DNA of 64,000 bases from Longimicrobiales bacterium (GTDB taxonomy: Bacteria; Gemmatimonadota; Gemmatimonadetes; Longimicrobiales; Gaopeijiaceae). The translations under genes and the position numbers were made by a program. The notes under the pieces are model-generated. The model saw nothing but the letters and a program-made list of their open reading frames with translations. It did no database searches and was not told the origin of the DNA. Shown here in pieces: positions 24,052 to 35,469 of the stretch (its first letter is position 1; the number at the start of each line of letters is the position of its first letter). The DNA lies in contig OZ250165.1 in the NCBI GenBank assembly GCA_965238005.1, positions 640,001 through 704,000 on the forward strand, given 5' to 3'.

Positions 24052-24242
24052 CTTTCTCTCTCAGCAACCTTGCCTGACCGTCCGCTTGTCCGCCCGATCC
24101 GGCTCACACTCAATGTGCGACGCAACTTCCGGGTGCTTAGGATGGATCGAACAGGTGGCGAATCACTACGCGACGGGCGGTCAACAGGGCTTGAATCTGA
24201 CATCCGAGTGCGGGCATGGTGCCCGGACCCGGGGGCTACGTA

Positions 24243-25019
24243 CTAGATCGCCAGCTTGAGCACTCGGTTGGGCATTGGACCACCTGGAGCTTCGAGCGCG
24301 TCCGCGAGCCGATAAAGGTCGCGCGGGTGCATGCCGAGCCTTCCGGCATACCAGACCTTGCACTCGAGGCCGTCGATGACGGTCTCCCCGTCTTCGGGAT
24401 AATTTTTGTCGGCGCCGTAGAACAGAAGCGTCTGTCCGCCGTACATCCACCACGTCGCGTACCCGGGCGGATGCGTCGCCTTGAATCTGCTGAATTCCTC
24501 TCGGTCCGCGCGGTGTTCATCCCACGCAACATGCGGAGCAACCCGAATTACGACAAGACCGACCGACGCGGGGACCAGTCCCCAGTCTCCGTGCTGGTCG
24601 TTCCCGGGATCGCGTGAACCATGACTGACGTCCGCCCCCAACCGCTTCAGCCGCTCAGCCCCGGAGAAGAAGGCGTAAACGTCGAGCATCGTCTGAACGA
24701 CGACCGGGAGAAAGATGGGATACGGCGTGTCCTTCACCAGGTTTCCGCCCTTCAGCGACGGCTCCCTGAGCATCGTCGTCGGCTCAGCGAAGTACCTCGT
24801 GTCCATGTAGACGGAGCTGCCGAAACTCTGTCCATACACACCCAGTACGCTCTCAACCGTAGGGTGGTCAGCCCCTAAAGCGTTGATGGGTGCATTCAGA
24901 ACGCCGTCATAGAATCGCCGGTCTACCTCATCGCGGTGCTCATCCTCCAACTCACCGTAGAGGTCTTGCAGGCCATGTCCGACGATCGGTTTTTCCGAGC
25001 GAATCAAGTCTGCCTTCAA
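24243..25019 (-). pseudogene. Hypothetical protein, 5'-truncated, with HEPN-like N-terminal part
   Basis: GHGLQDLYGEL...YMDTRYF; abuts the truncated integrase at about 25020. Confidence 0.45.
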
Positions 25020-26002
25020 CGCGAGCTCGGCGGCCCGAATGGCTCGCCAAGCACTCGCCCAACTGGTCCACGGGTTGGGTTCGGCGGCTTGAACGCGAGC
25101 TTGGGCGGGAGGTCTTCCCCTACATCGGCGCGAGTCCGGTCGCCCAACTCACGGCGCCGGACCTGCTGGCCGTGGTCCGCCGCGTCGAGGCACGCGGCCA
25201 CCTGAGGAAGGCGCACACCGTCTTCCAGGTCTGCGGGAGGGTCCTGCGCTACGCGGTGGCGACGGGACGTGCAGAGCGGGACGTGTCGTCGGACCTGCGC
25301 GGGGCGCTGCCACCCGTCAAGACGAAGCACTTCGCGGCGATCACCGACCCGAAGGAGGTCGGTCCGTTGCTCCGGCAGTTAGACGGCTACTCCGGGACGC
25401 TGCCCGTTCGATGCGCGCTCCGTCTCGCACCGCTGGTGTTCGTACGCCTCGGCGAGTTGGTCACGGCGGAGTGGGTCGGCATCGACCTTGAGGGGGCCGA
25501 GTGGCGCTACACGGTAACGAAGACCGGCAGGCCGCATGTGGTGCCCTTGGCGCGTCAGGCGGTCGCGATCCTGCGCGAGGTTCATCCCATGACGGGGCAC
25601 CACCGCTACGTCTTTCCGAACGCGCGTTTTCCATACCGGGAGCTGCCGATGAGCCGTGGCACGCTCTGGAGCGCGTTCCGGGCTTTGGACATCCCGAAGG
25701 AGCGGATGACGATGCACGGGTTCCGCGCGATGGCGCGCACGATTCTGGACGAAGTGCTGGAGTTCCGGCCCGACTTCATCGAGCACCAGTTGGCCCACGC
25801 GGTGCGGGATCCCAACGGCCGGGCCTACAACCGGACGGCGTTCCTACCCGAACGGCGCGTGATGATGCAGGCTTGGGCCGACTATCTGGACCGGCTCCGG
25901 GCCGGGAAGATCGAGCCCGGACCTCACAAGGCACCGCTGGCCCGCAACCCAACGTCACGTGGGACGCGTAACACCGACATAGGGCTCGTCGTTTCGCGTT
26001 AG
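25020..26002 (+). pseudogene. P4-like tyrosine integrase lacking the arm-binding N-terminus
   Basis: LVFVRLGEL, MHGFRAMARTIL, IEHQLAH, RAYNRT, MMQAWADYLD. Confidence 0.85.
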
Positions 26003-26118
26003 AGAAAGGGAAATGATTACGATGGGTGTACGAGCCACTCGGGTTCGTCGAGAGGGTCATGCCATTCCATCCTGCTGGGGGTCTTGCGGGGAAGTCTTAC
26101 ACAATGTAAGATAGAATC

Positions 26119-26412
26119 ATGGACGAGATTCCGAAGTTGTCGAAGAAGGAGGCGGTCATCCTCCACCTCCTTGTGAACCAGGGCAGCATGTATGGCTTGG
26201 AGATGATCCGTGCGAGCGACGAATTGAAGCGCGGCACTGTCTATGTGACTCTGGGCCGGATGGCGGAAAAGGGCTACGTCGAGTCCAACCTGGAGGACGC
26301 ACCCGAGGGCGGAGTCGCTCGGAGAGTCTATCAGGCCACCGGACACGGCAAGCGCGTCCTTAGCTTTTGGGAGCGAATGCGGTCGCTCGCCCCCTCCTGG
26401 AGCACGGCATGA
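26119..26412 (+). CDS. PadR-family transcriptional regulator
   Basis: MYGLEM...GTVYVTLGRM...RRVYQATGHG. Confidence 0.9.
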   Translation: MDEIPKLSKKEAVILHLLVNQGSMYGLEMIRASDELKRGTVYVTLGRMAEKGYVESNLEDAPEGGVARRVYQATGHGKRVLSFWERMRSLAPSWSTA

Positions 26413-27419
26413 ACGGCTTCCACGACACCTCCGGGCTCCTTCGTCAGATAGAGGCTCTGAGCACCGCGACGGAGAGCATTCGTCGAACGCAGAAAGCGCT
26501 GGACTGCTCTCCCGTGCTGGAAGGAGTCCGAAGAGCGCAGGAGGCGCTGGACAACTCCCAGCTGTCCGAGAGCATTCTTCGGACGCAGAAGGCGCTCGAC
26601 TGCTCTCCCATGCTGGAAGGAATCCGAAGAGCGCAGGAGGCCTTGGACAACTCCCAGCTGTTCGAGAGCATTCGCCGGACGCAGAAGGCGCTCGACTGCT
26701 CTCCCATGCTGGAAGGAATCCGAAGAGCGCAGGAGGCCTTGGACAACTCCCAGCTGTTCGAGAGCATTCGCCGGACGCAGAAGGCGCTCGACTGTTCTCC
26801 CATGCTGGAAGGAATCCGAAGAGCGCAGGAGGCCTTGGACAACTCCCAGCTGTTCGAGAGCATTCGCCGGACGCAGAAGGCGCTCGACTGTTCTCCCATG
26901 CTGGAAGGAATCCGAAGAACGCAGGCGGCCCTGGACAACTCAAGCCTGGCCCTCCATAGAGTCGTCCGCCAGATGGCGAAGGCAAACGCTCTGGACTTCC
27001 GCGTTGGACATACTGGGAACCGCCTGGCTACTCACGTAACTGAGGTTGCAGTGACGAGAGAAAAAGCGCAGGGGCGCGATCTGCGTGGTCGGCGACTAGG
27101 AGAATTCGGGCAAACCGCTACGAACTGGCTCGTGCGGTTGGCGAGTCGCCGAAGAGTCCGACGGCCGGTTGGTTCCTCACTGCGCGGCGTCGCCGAGTTC
27201 GTTGTCTCCAAGAAGTCCTACGAGCAAATCTACGACCCGCTAATCAGTGACTTGCGGTTGGAGTATTTCGAGGCCTTGGCTGCGAATCGCAGGTGGAAGG
27301 CACGGTGGGTGCGCGCCCGGGGATACGGAAGCTTCTTGACAGCGGGGTTAGCCCACGCCGCTGCGTCGGGCGGTCATCATGTTGTTCGGGTGTGCCGAAT
27401 CTTCTGGGCGGCCGGATAG
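26409..27419 (+). CDS. PadR-coupled protein with five 32-aa tandem repeats
   Basis: ATGA overlap with the PadR gene; unit ESIRRTQKALDCSPMLEGIRRAQEALDNSQLF. Confidence 0.75.
   Translation: MNGFHDTSGLLRQIEALSTATESIRRTQKALDCSPVLEGVRRAQEALDNSQLSESILRTQKALDCSPMLEGIRRAQEALDNSQLFESIRRTQKALDCSPMLEGIRRAQEALDNSQLFESIRRTQKALDCSPMLEGIRRAQEALDNSQLFESIRRTQKALDCSPMLEGIRRTQAALDNSSLALHRVVRQMAKANALDFRVGHTGNRLATHVTEVAVTREKAQGRDLRGRRLGEFGQTATNWLVRLASRRRVRRPVGSSLRGVAEFVVSKKSYEQIYDPLISDLRLEYFEALAANRRWKARWVRARGYGSFLTAGLAHAAASGGHHVVRVCRIFWAAG
26472..26945 (+). repeat. 96-bp coding tandem repeat x5, each made of two 48-bp subunits
   Basis: Near-identical GAGAGCATT...GACAACTC units. Confidence 0.95.
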
Positions 27420-27550
27420 AGGTAGGAGTAGGGTAATCGCCTGAAACCCCGGCCCTCGTCGAGTTCAGGGTGTGCACGGCTGGTGCCGCCCTTATCGGCT
27501 CGGCCCATAGTCGCGCTCTCGACCATGCCGACGCGTCAGATCCGAGGGCC

Positions 27551-27727
27551 TCACGACCTCTCGGCGAGCGTCCTGTAGTAATCGGCCAAGCGCGTCATCT
27601 GCCCTTCGAGCCGCTCGACTTGTCTCTGCAAGGCTTCGACCTGCTCGGATTGCCGCCGCTGTTCCCTCTCGTACTGCGCGGACAACCTCTTCAAGCCCGC
27701 CGTCAAATGCCGTTCCAACTCGGTCAT
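27551..27727 (-). CDS. mobD: MbeD/MobD-like protein, 58 aa
   Basis: MTELERHLTAGLKRLSAQYERE coiled coil nested in mobA, as in ColE1. Confidence 0.75.
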   Translation of the reverse strand: MTELERHLTAGLKRLSAQYEREQRRQSEQVEALQRQVERLEGQMTRLADYYRTLAERS

Positions 27728-27736
27728 ACAGATTCC

Positions 27737-28231
27737 TCACTCTCTCGACAGCTTCACGGCAGGCCGACCGCGCACGGTCCAAGGCGGACCGTCCAGCGAG
27801 CCCGTCGGCAGCACCACGAACCGCTCACCCTCGATCTCCCGGAGCGTAATCCCCCAAGTTCCCTCCTCGATCCGGGCCAGCGACTGGCGCGCCTGCTCGA
27901 TGCGGAATTCGAGCGCGCCGGCGGTCTCGATGCTGGACTGGACGCGCGCCGACAACCAGTGCGTCGTCGCCCAACTCCCGCCGAAGATGCCGAGCCAGAG
28001 GCTCAGGCCGACCACCAGCGGCCGGAGCCAAGCCCTGAGCAGCAGCGCGCGCATCCGCCCGGTCGCCTCTTCCGTATCGCGCTCGATGGTACGCAGCGCG
28101 TTCCTCGCGACGCGCCGCGAGTTCTCGCCGAGCCGCTTGAGCTCGCTCGCGGTCAGGTCCTCGATCTCCCGGCGTTCGGACGCCAGCCGTCTCCGCAATC
28201 GCTCGGTCAAGTCGTTCGCGGTTGAAGTCAT
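27737..28231 (-). CDS. mobB: MbeB/MobB-like protein
   Basis: Coiled coil plus one TM helix, overlapping mobA in another frame. Confidence 0.7.
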   Translation of the reverse strand: MTSTANDLTERLRRRLASERREIEDLTASELKRLGENSRRVARNALRTIERDTEEATGRMRALLLRAWLRPLVVGLSLWLGIFGGSWATTHWLSARVQSSIETAGALEFRIEQARQSLARIEEGTWGITLREIEGERFVVLPTGSLDGPPWTVRGRPAVKLSRE

Positions 28232-28958
28232 TTGCGTACATCTCCCCTTTCAGCCGCCAGCGGTCCCCGGTCTCGGGATCCAGCGCGGTCAGATAGTCCT
28301 TGCCTTGACGCGGTATTTCCAGCCCGGCCTCCCGCAGGGCGCTGACGACATCCGCACGGTTCCGCACCGTGCCGTTCTCGACACGCTGGAGCAGGTAGTC
28401 CCGGATCAGGTCGCGGGGGGCGGCCTCGACGGCGAGGCCGGCGCGCAGCCGCGTCGCCTCGATGTAGGCGCGGTGTCCGGGTTGCTGCGCCCGCGCCCGC
28501 GCCGGGTCGTCCGGCCGGCTCCAGCCGTGTTCGGCATTGAAGGCGTCGTGGAGCGGGCCGAAGGTCTTCTCCCAGCCGGGCGGGGCGATGTTGAGGCTCC
28601 GACCGGTCTCCAGGTCGCATCGTGCGGCGAGGACATGCACGTGAGCGCCGCCGCCGCGCTCGCGGTGCAGCACGGCCGCCCACGCGTAGCGGTCGGGCTC
28701 CAACCCCGCCCAGGCCGTCCGCTCGAACTATCCAGAACCGCGCCGATCTGCGCGTCGGTGGGAGCGTCGTCGGGTGCCCAGGCGATCACGCCGGAGGTGT
28801 ACTTGTGATCGAACGCCAGCGCGTCGGCCATCGCAGCCACTTGGTGGGGATCTCCCCGGAGCACCTCGACGCCCTCGCGCGGCTGCCCGGCCGCGTCCCG
28901 CGCACCGAGCAGGTAGCCGGCCGCCGCCCCTGCCGAGCCGGTTCCGCGGGCGAGGAAC

Positions 28959-29078
28959 TTAACGAGCATCGGACTCCGGGTTGCCAGCGGGCTTCAACGC
29001 CGCGAGCGCCCGTTCCGTGGCGACCAAGTAGGCGATCACCTCGACCGCCTCGGCAGCAGTCTTGTGGGTGTTGGCCCA
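28959..29078 (-). pseudogene. mobC: mobC 3' half
   Basis: WANTHKTAAEAVEVIAYLVATERAL; overlaps the mobA start; joins in frame to 40953-41181. Confidence 0.85.
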
Positions 29079-30066
29079 GCGGATCGCCAGAGGCCTGAAT
29101 CACGGCAGGAGATCACGTAAGTTCATACAGGACTGCACGATCTGCCACTCTTGCCGTTGGCGCGCATCTGATCCGACCGTCCCGAAATACCGGGAAAACC
29201 GTGTAGTATGGCGGGAAGCAGAGGCATAGCCGGGGGGGGGGCGTGTGGTGCACGCAGGGCCGTCTGATGGTGACGGCGTTCCCGTGTCCGGAAAACCGCA
29301 ACCCTACAGCCCCCACTCGTACGATCGGGCCGGAGACGACTGGTACGGTTGTCGAGCTAGAGACTGGGCGATTCGACCTCCACAGGCATCAAGCGAGACC
29401 GCAAGTCTTCTGACGTGAGGGCCGGCAGCTGTTGCGCACCAGAGCAACCGTGCAAGTTCCTCGATGCACCTGACCCCGGTGTAACGCCTGACTTGAAGCC
29501 GATCATGTTCCAACAGTATCCACAGAAGGACGTGAACGAATCCGTCCTGCTCCACGAGGGAAGGTTCCGCGTTCGGGCGGGCGATCGTTGCATTGAGCCG
29601 AGCGGCTCGGCGCACCTGGGATGGCTGCCGTCACCGGGCATCGAGTTCGACATCGAGACAGACGTGCCACATGCCGGATTCGGTCTCGATTCCACCGTGG
29701 AACTGCCGGGCTGCAGGACGAAGAAGGTTCCATCGGGATGAATGAGCAGGGAAATGGCTTCAAACAGCGGGAAGCGGGAAGCGCGAACCGCGACCGTCGC
29801 GACCGTACACAGCCCACGATCCGTACACGCCTTCGAGACGTTGCCCGAGTTCCTGGGCGAGTTGTAGCAAAGACAGCTTCCGACGCGCTATCTTCTCTCC
29901 TTAGACGGTGGTCATTCTCGTTCTGCTCTCCCGTTGGTTGTTGAGTCGTTTTGAGCACTTCTCCACTAACCCCGGCGAGGTCGGTCTGGCGACCGCCCTT
30001 TCTTCTGGCCTACTGTCAGGTGATTAACGTACTACAACAGCCGGGAAGCCCTTTGGAGGCGCGTCC

Positions 30067-32346
30067 ATGAAGAGGGCGGCCAACGTTCCGGAGATTCTCT
30101 TTCCAACGCTGCTCGCGCTGCTGGCGGCGGCGTGTTCGGGTGACGCGGCAGACCTGACAGCCCCCGAGCCCGACGGGCCGAACCGAGCCCCGGTCGCTGT
30201 GGGCTCAATCCCCGCCGTGACGGTGGCGGTTGGAGAGACGGTGGTGGTGGACGCGGCCGCCTACTTCTCCGATCCGGACGGCGACGGGCTGTCGTACGCG
30301 GCGGTTTCGTCGGACCCGGCCCTTGCAACGGTGGCGGTCGCGGGCAGCGCCGTGACGGTCGCCGGGGTGGCGAAGGGGACCGCGACGGTCACGGTCACGG
30401 CCAGCGACGGTGGCGGCGGGACGGCGCAACAGGCCTTTGCCGTCGCGGTCCCGAACCGAGCTCCGGAGGTTGTGGGTTCCACCCCCGCCGTGACGGTGGC
30501 GGTTGGAGAGACGGTGGTGGTGGACGCGGCCGCCTACTTCTCCGATCCGGACAGCGACGGGCTGTCGTACGCGGCGGTTTCGTCGGACCCGGCCCTTGCA
30601 ACGGTGGCGGTTGCGGGAAGCACGGTGACGGTCACTGGGGTGGCGAAGGGGGCCGCGACGGTCACGGTCACGGCCAGCGACGGCGGCGGCGGCGCGGCGC
30701 AACAGGCCTTCGAGGTCACGATCCCGAACCGCGCTCCGGTCGCTGTGGGCTCCCTTCCCGCCGTGACGGTGGCGCTCGGAGAGACGGCGGTGGTCGACGC
30801 GGCGGCCTACTTCTCCGATCCGGACGGCGACGGGCTGTCGTACGCGGTGGTTTCGTCGGATCGCTCACGCGTGACGGTGGCGCCGGTTGCGGGAAGCACG
30901 GTGACGGTCGCCGGGGTGGGGCAGGGGACTGCGACGGTCACGGTCACGGCCAGCGACGGCGACGGCGGGGCGGCGCACCAAGCCTTCGCTGTCACGGTCC
31001 CGAACCGGCCCCCGGAGGTGACGGCGGAAGGGGGGGATGTGGTTCTCGAGGTCGGAGGCGCGGCGTGGGACGTGAACCTGATTTACTGGTTTTCGGACCC
31101 GGACGGGGACCGGCTGGCGTATGCCGCGACCACGAGCGACGTGGCGATCGCTACGGCCTCAGTGTCGGGCAACACTCTGACAATCGCGGCGGGTGTGGCG
31201 CCGGGCACAGCAACGGTGACGGTCACGGCGGCCGATCCCGGCGGGCTGACGGCGCGGGCAACGGTCGCCGTGACCGTATCGGGCGACCGTGCCGCTTTGG
31301 AGGCGTTCTATCACGCGACTGGGGGTCCGGGGGGTCCGGGATGGACAGGGGGAAACGCGGGCGTAGGGTGGCTCTCAGACCGCCCGTTGGGTGAATGGAA
31401 TGCGGTAACGACTGGTCCAGACGGCCGGGTGACCGGTCTCGACAAGAACAACAGCCGCCTCTCCGGCCGGATCCCCCCGGAGTTGGGGTATCTCTCCAGC
31501 CTCGAGTATTTGAACCTCTTCGCCAACAACCTGACTGGCCCGATCCCGCCCGAGATCGGTAACCTCACGGCGCTGCGGACGCTGCTGCTCGGCAGCAACC
31601 GCCTGAGCGGCCCGATCCCGCCCGAGATCGGCAACCTCACACGGCTGGAGGAGCTGCGCCTCGGCAGCAACCGCCTGACTGGCCCGATCCCGCCCGAGAT
31701 CGGTAACCTCACGGCGGTCGAGGTGCTGCATCTCAACCGTAACGCCCTGAGCGGTCCGATTCCCCCCGAGATCGGCAAACTCGGGGCCCTGGAATGGCTG
31801 TTGCTCAACCTCAACGCCCTGAGCGGCCCGATCCCGCCGGAGCTCGGCGGCCTCACGGCGCTGCGGACACTGTACCTCACCACCAACCGCCTGAGCGGCC
31901 CGATCCCGCCCGAGCTCAGCAACCTGCGCTGGCTCCGCGATCTGGACCTAGAAGACAACCGTCTCACCGGCCCGATTCCACCAGAGTTGGGCAGTCTCGT
32001 TCAGCTCGAAGGGCTGGACCTACGCCGCAACCGTCTCACCGGCCCGATTCCACCAGAGTTGGGCAGTCTCGCATTACTCGATCGCCTTGTTCTCTCGTAT
32101 AACGATCTCTCTGGCTCAATTCCACCGAAGCTGGGCGACGCGGTCAGGATCCGAGGGTTGTTCTTGAACAACAATGCCGGGTTGTCTGGGCCCCTTCCCT
32201 TTACCATGACCCGTCTTTCCCTCGTTAGGGAGATCGACCTTCTGCACACGGGCCTGTGCGTGCCCAACACCCCCGCCTTCCGTGACTGGATAAATAACTT
32301 TCGAGGCGGAGTGTTCCGCCGCCAGTTCGAGTGGTGCCAGCCCTGA
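30067..32346 (+). CDS. Lipoprotein with four Ig/cadherin-like repeats and about 11 plant-type 24-aa leucine-rich repeats
   Basis: LLAAAC lipobox; ~91-aa NR(A/P)P...FSDPD units; NxLxGPIPPELGxL repeats. Confidence 0.92.
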   Translation: MKRAANVPEILFPTLLALLAAACSGDAADLTAPEPDGPNRAPVAVGSIPAVTVAVGETVVVDAAAYFSDPDGDGLSYAAVSSDPALATVAVAGSAVTVAGVAKGTATVTVTASDGGGGTAQQAFAVAVPNRAPEVVGSTPAVTVAVGETVVVDAAAYFSDPDSDGLSYAAVSSDPALATVAVAGSTVTVTGVAKGAATVTVTASDGGGGAAQQAFEVTIPNRAPVAVGSLPAVTVALGETAVVDAAAYFSDPDGDGLSYAVVSSDRSRVTVAPVAGSTVTVAGVGQGTATVTVTASDGDGGAAHQAFAVTVPNRPPEVTAEGGDVVLEVGGAAWDVNLIYWFSDPDGDRLAYAATTSDVAIATASVSGNTLTIAAGVAPGTATVTVTAADPGGLTARATVAVTVSGDRAALEAFYHATGGPGGPGWTGGNAGVGWLSDRPLGEWNAVTTGPDGRVTGLDKNNSRLSGRIPPELGYLSSLEYLNLFANNLTGPIPPEIGNLTALRTLLLGSNRLSGPIPPEIGNLTRLEELRLGSNRLTGPIPPEIGNLTAVEVLHLNRNALSGPIPPEIGKLGALEWLLLNLNALSGPIPPELGGLTALRTLYLTTNRLSGPIPPELSNLRWLRDLDLEDNRLTGPIPPELGSLVQLEGLDLRRNRLTGPIPPELGSLALLDRLVLSYNDLSGSIPPKLGDAVRIRGLFLNNNAGLSGPLPFTMTRLSLVREIDLLHTGLCVPNTPAFRDWINNFRGGVFRRQFEWCQP

Positions 32347-33116
32347 CTCTCCCTGCGACACCCCCTGAACCCCTCGCGGCGGGACATGCGGGCTCGCGGA
32401 TCCCCGGACTCGATTGCGTATGGTTTAGCCCCCCGAAGGTCTGGGCAGAACCTCCCGGTGCGGGGCCGGTGAAACGACTAACGACGGAACGCCAGAAGTG
32501 AAACTACGACCGACTTCCCGGCGGTTCTCTTTCCGGCTTGGCTGGCGCTGCTGGCGCGGGCAGCGTGTTCCGGCGACGCGGCGGACAACCGGGCCGCGTT
32601 GGTGGCGCTGTGCGAGGCGGCGGACGGCCCGAATTGAGAGCGGTCCGACAACGCGCGCGAACGCGTTCGCAGGCTATCACACCGTGGCTCAGGAGCAACT
32701 CGCTTGTTAGCATGCCGGTATGGATAGCAGCTGGAGGTCTTAGCTGGCGAAGTCGCTACGTTGGGTTGTGCGGTGGCTCTTCTTGGTCCTCATGGGAGTG
32801 ATTGCTACATTGCTCTACGGACGCAACCATCGGAAGCGCCTTGGCCGTTGGGCCGTTGCTGGGCAGGTGAAGTCCGGTGCGGTCTGCCCCCCGTAGGCGG
32901 CCCGCAGCAACCAACAGCTCGACTTCTCCCCATCGGGCTTCCGACGCTTGGAAGTGCCTGGGATCTCTGGTAGTTCGATGTCGAGGCTGTGGAAGTTATC
33001 CCCCACAGTTCAGGGGTCCAACTACTTGGGGGACGATCCTTGGTGCACTTCACGATTGGAGGGAATCGTGTCAAGACCGGCATCACCGCCTTCGTGCTTG
33101 CGGTGCTAATGGGTGA

Positions 33117-34216
33117 TGGGGTTACTCGATTTAGTGGACAGTCGAAAGTGGTGGTTTTCTTGTTCTGTGAAGTTCTGTTAGAAGTGATGGCTCTGGCTCC
33201 TCCTATGGTAAGGGGATTGGAAAAGCTTCTTCTGCGTAGCGGGGGAGTAGAAGGCGGCCTCGCGGCTGCGCTCGAAGTTGACGGGCGCTGGTAGCCAAGG
33301 GCTGAGTGTCTGCGGTGCGGGTTGCAGGATCACCCCATCGGGTCTGCGCTACGTGAGCGCCATGTCGAAGGCGTCCAGCACCAGAGACGTCCTGAGGTGC
33401 GTGGCCATCGACCAGCCCACCACCCGTCGGCTCCAGGCGTCGAGCACGATCGCGAGGTAGAGGAAGCCCTCGCGGGTGGGCACGTAGGTGATGTCGGCCA
33501 CCCAGAGCTCGTCGGGGCCCGAGGCCGAGAAGTCTCGTTCCTCGAGTGGGCCGCCTGCTGCGTCGTCTTGCCCTTCCCCCGGCGCCGACTCACCCTCTCG
33601 ATCCCCGCCATCCGCATCAGCCGCGCCACACGAGTGCGGCTCCGGGCCCTCAACTTGGCGTGGACCCGCGGCGCCCCGTACGTCGCGCCGCTCATGGCGT
33701 GTATCTTGAGGACCTCGGTGGTGAGCGCCGCGTTCTCACGAGCCCGCTGCGAGAGTCCTCGCTTACGCCACGCGTAGTACTCGCTCGGGGAGAGACCCAG
33801 ACTGGCGGCACACGCGCACGGGATACATGGCCTGGTCATCGCTCACGAACCGGAATCCCCTCTGGGAATCGATCCGCTCTCCCGGGCGAACCAGGCCGTG
33901 GCTTCTGCAAGGATATCACGCTCGAGCTTCCCCCGGCGAAGCTCACGCTTCAGATCCCGCAGTTGCTTGCGCTCGGCCGTCGTCAGACCGTCCTTGCGAA
34001 GACCCTCGTCCCGGTCCGCCTGCTCCACCCAGCGCCGTATCGCCGTCGCCGATGGCTCGAACTCCCGGGCCAGTTCCTCCGCGCTACGGCCCGCACGAAA
34101 CAGTTCCACCATCCGCGCACGGTACTCCGATGCGTACCGCCGCCCAAATCCAGACATAGAGCACCTCCCCGTTGTTCCAACGCTCTAAGGTGTCCACCAA
34201 AATCGCAGTAACTCCA
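33117..34216 (-). mobile_element. IS3-family element, internally deleted
   Basis: TG...CA IRs TGGGGTTACTCGATTTAGTGGACA and TGTCCACCAAAATCGCAGTAACTCCA; OrfA 33843-34157; broken OrfB with WVADITY. Confidence 0.85.
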
Positions 34217-34374
34217 TCCAGCGTTAGGACAGGCGCAGCGTTCCCCACCGGAGCGGTATTGGGTAAGGTATTGGGTGAGTTGAATTGAGCCGGGAGCGCC
34301 AGGCGAAGGAGCCGTACTCTTGCGGCGGCAACCATCCGGGAACCGCTCTGGCCGAGTTGGAGGTGTTTGTGGAG

Positions 34375-34812
34375 ATGAAGCTGGCGGCGCGATTCATCGG
34401 TTGTCTCGGGTTCGCGGTGCTGTGCGCAGTGGCCGGGATCCTCGCGGCGGCGGGTACGCTAACGGGGTTGTTCCGCGTCATGGGGTTCACGGACCCGCTC
34501 CAGATGGCGGCGGCATCGTGCGGGGCCGGTGCCTGGATCGGTGGTGTGTGCGGATGGCGGGCTTACCTCCGCGGCGGCTGGTCTGTGCCCGGCGTGGCGG
34601 TGTCGATGTCGGTGGCGGCTATCGGAGCAACGGTCGCGTTCACGGTGGCGGGCCTGTCCAGATGGGGAGAAGCGAACCTGCCGCCGGGCGTGGAACTGAC
34701 GGTCGGTGATATGCTCTGGTCCGTGGAGTCTGCGTTGCTCGGATGGATCGGCGGCGCGGTGGTGGCGTGGTTCGCGTTGCGCTGCGTGATCCCGCGCCAA
34801 GTCGCAACCTAG
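34375..34812 (+). CDS. Hypothetical membrane protein with about four TM helices
   Basis: GGAG before ATG; four hydrophobic segments. Confidence 0.6.
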   Translation: MKLAARFIGCLGFAVLCAVAGILAAAGTLTGLFRVMGFTDPLQMAAASCGAGAWIGGVCGWRAYLRGGWSVPGVAVSMSVAAIGATVAFTVAGLSRWGEANLPPGVELTVGDMLWSVESALLGWIGGAVVAWFALRCVIPRQVAT

Positions 34813-35469
34813 GTAGGGGCTGGTTGGGCGCGCGGGGGGAACTCTGAAACGGGCCGAGTGCCACGGTCCTACGGGTCGACCGGCTTGAGAAACCGTGTTA
34901 CTCTCGCGCTGTCGCGTCAGCGCGGCCATAGCGTAAGGATCCCCCTCAAGTCGGCAGGAGCAGTGTGGCGGCGGTTCTGGTTGCGCGCTGGTAGTGAGAA
35001 GCCTGTTATCGGAATTCCTCCGCTGCAGAGCGCTTCGATCCCCTCCTAACCGATCGTTCCCGAGATGGGGATCTGCACGGCGAAGTCACCGGCGTGATGC
35101 TGAGGCCAGTCACGCTCGTTCTCGTGGGCCTCACTGCTGTTGTCGCGATCGCCCCGCCTTCCGGGTTTCGTTCCTCGGTCCCAGCAAGAACCCGTCCTAG
35201 AGCTAGATCGGAGAGGCGGCCCCAGTCGCTTCGTCGTCGTCAACCACCACCCACTCCCGGCGACCTGGATCTGGCGACGTGCTCGCACCTAGGTCCTGCG
35301 AGAAAGAGGCTCACACCATCGGTGCTAGGTGCCGTAACCCGTTTAGTCAGCTGGCGCGAGTACCCCTCGTCGACCCGCAAGTGCTCAAGGACGATAGACG
35401 ATAGATGGTCCAGCCCGGATACGGCCCTGGCACGCCAACCATCTGGCGTGTCAATTCTGGCCTTTTGGA

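Larger units (their letters stand above)
27492..28969 (-). pseudogene. mobA: ColE1 MbeA-like (MOBP5) relaxase with frameshift near 28730 and in-frame stop at 27825
   Basis: MLVKFLARGTG...YLLG...VLRGDP...KYTSGV; motif III HRERGGGAHVH. Confidence 0.85.

Noticed and set aside
22352..25019. Integron cassette array
   Set aside because: No convincing attC sites between the genes, and the integrases are P4-like rather than IntI
26472..26945. Regular repeats as a CRISPR array
   Set aside because: Contiguous in-frame coding units with no unique spacers
34255..34278. GGTATTGGGT(A/G)A tandem repeat as an integrase arm site
   Set aside because: Single occurrence with no matching end or recombinase to support it
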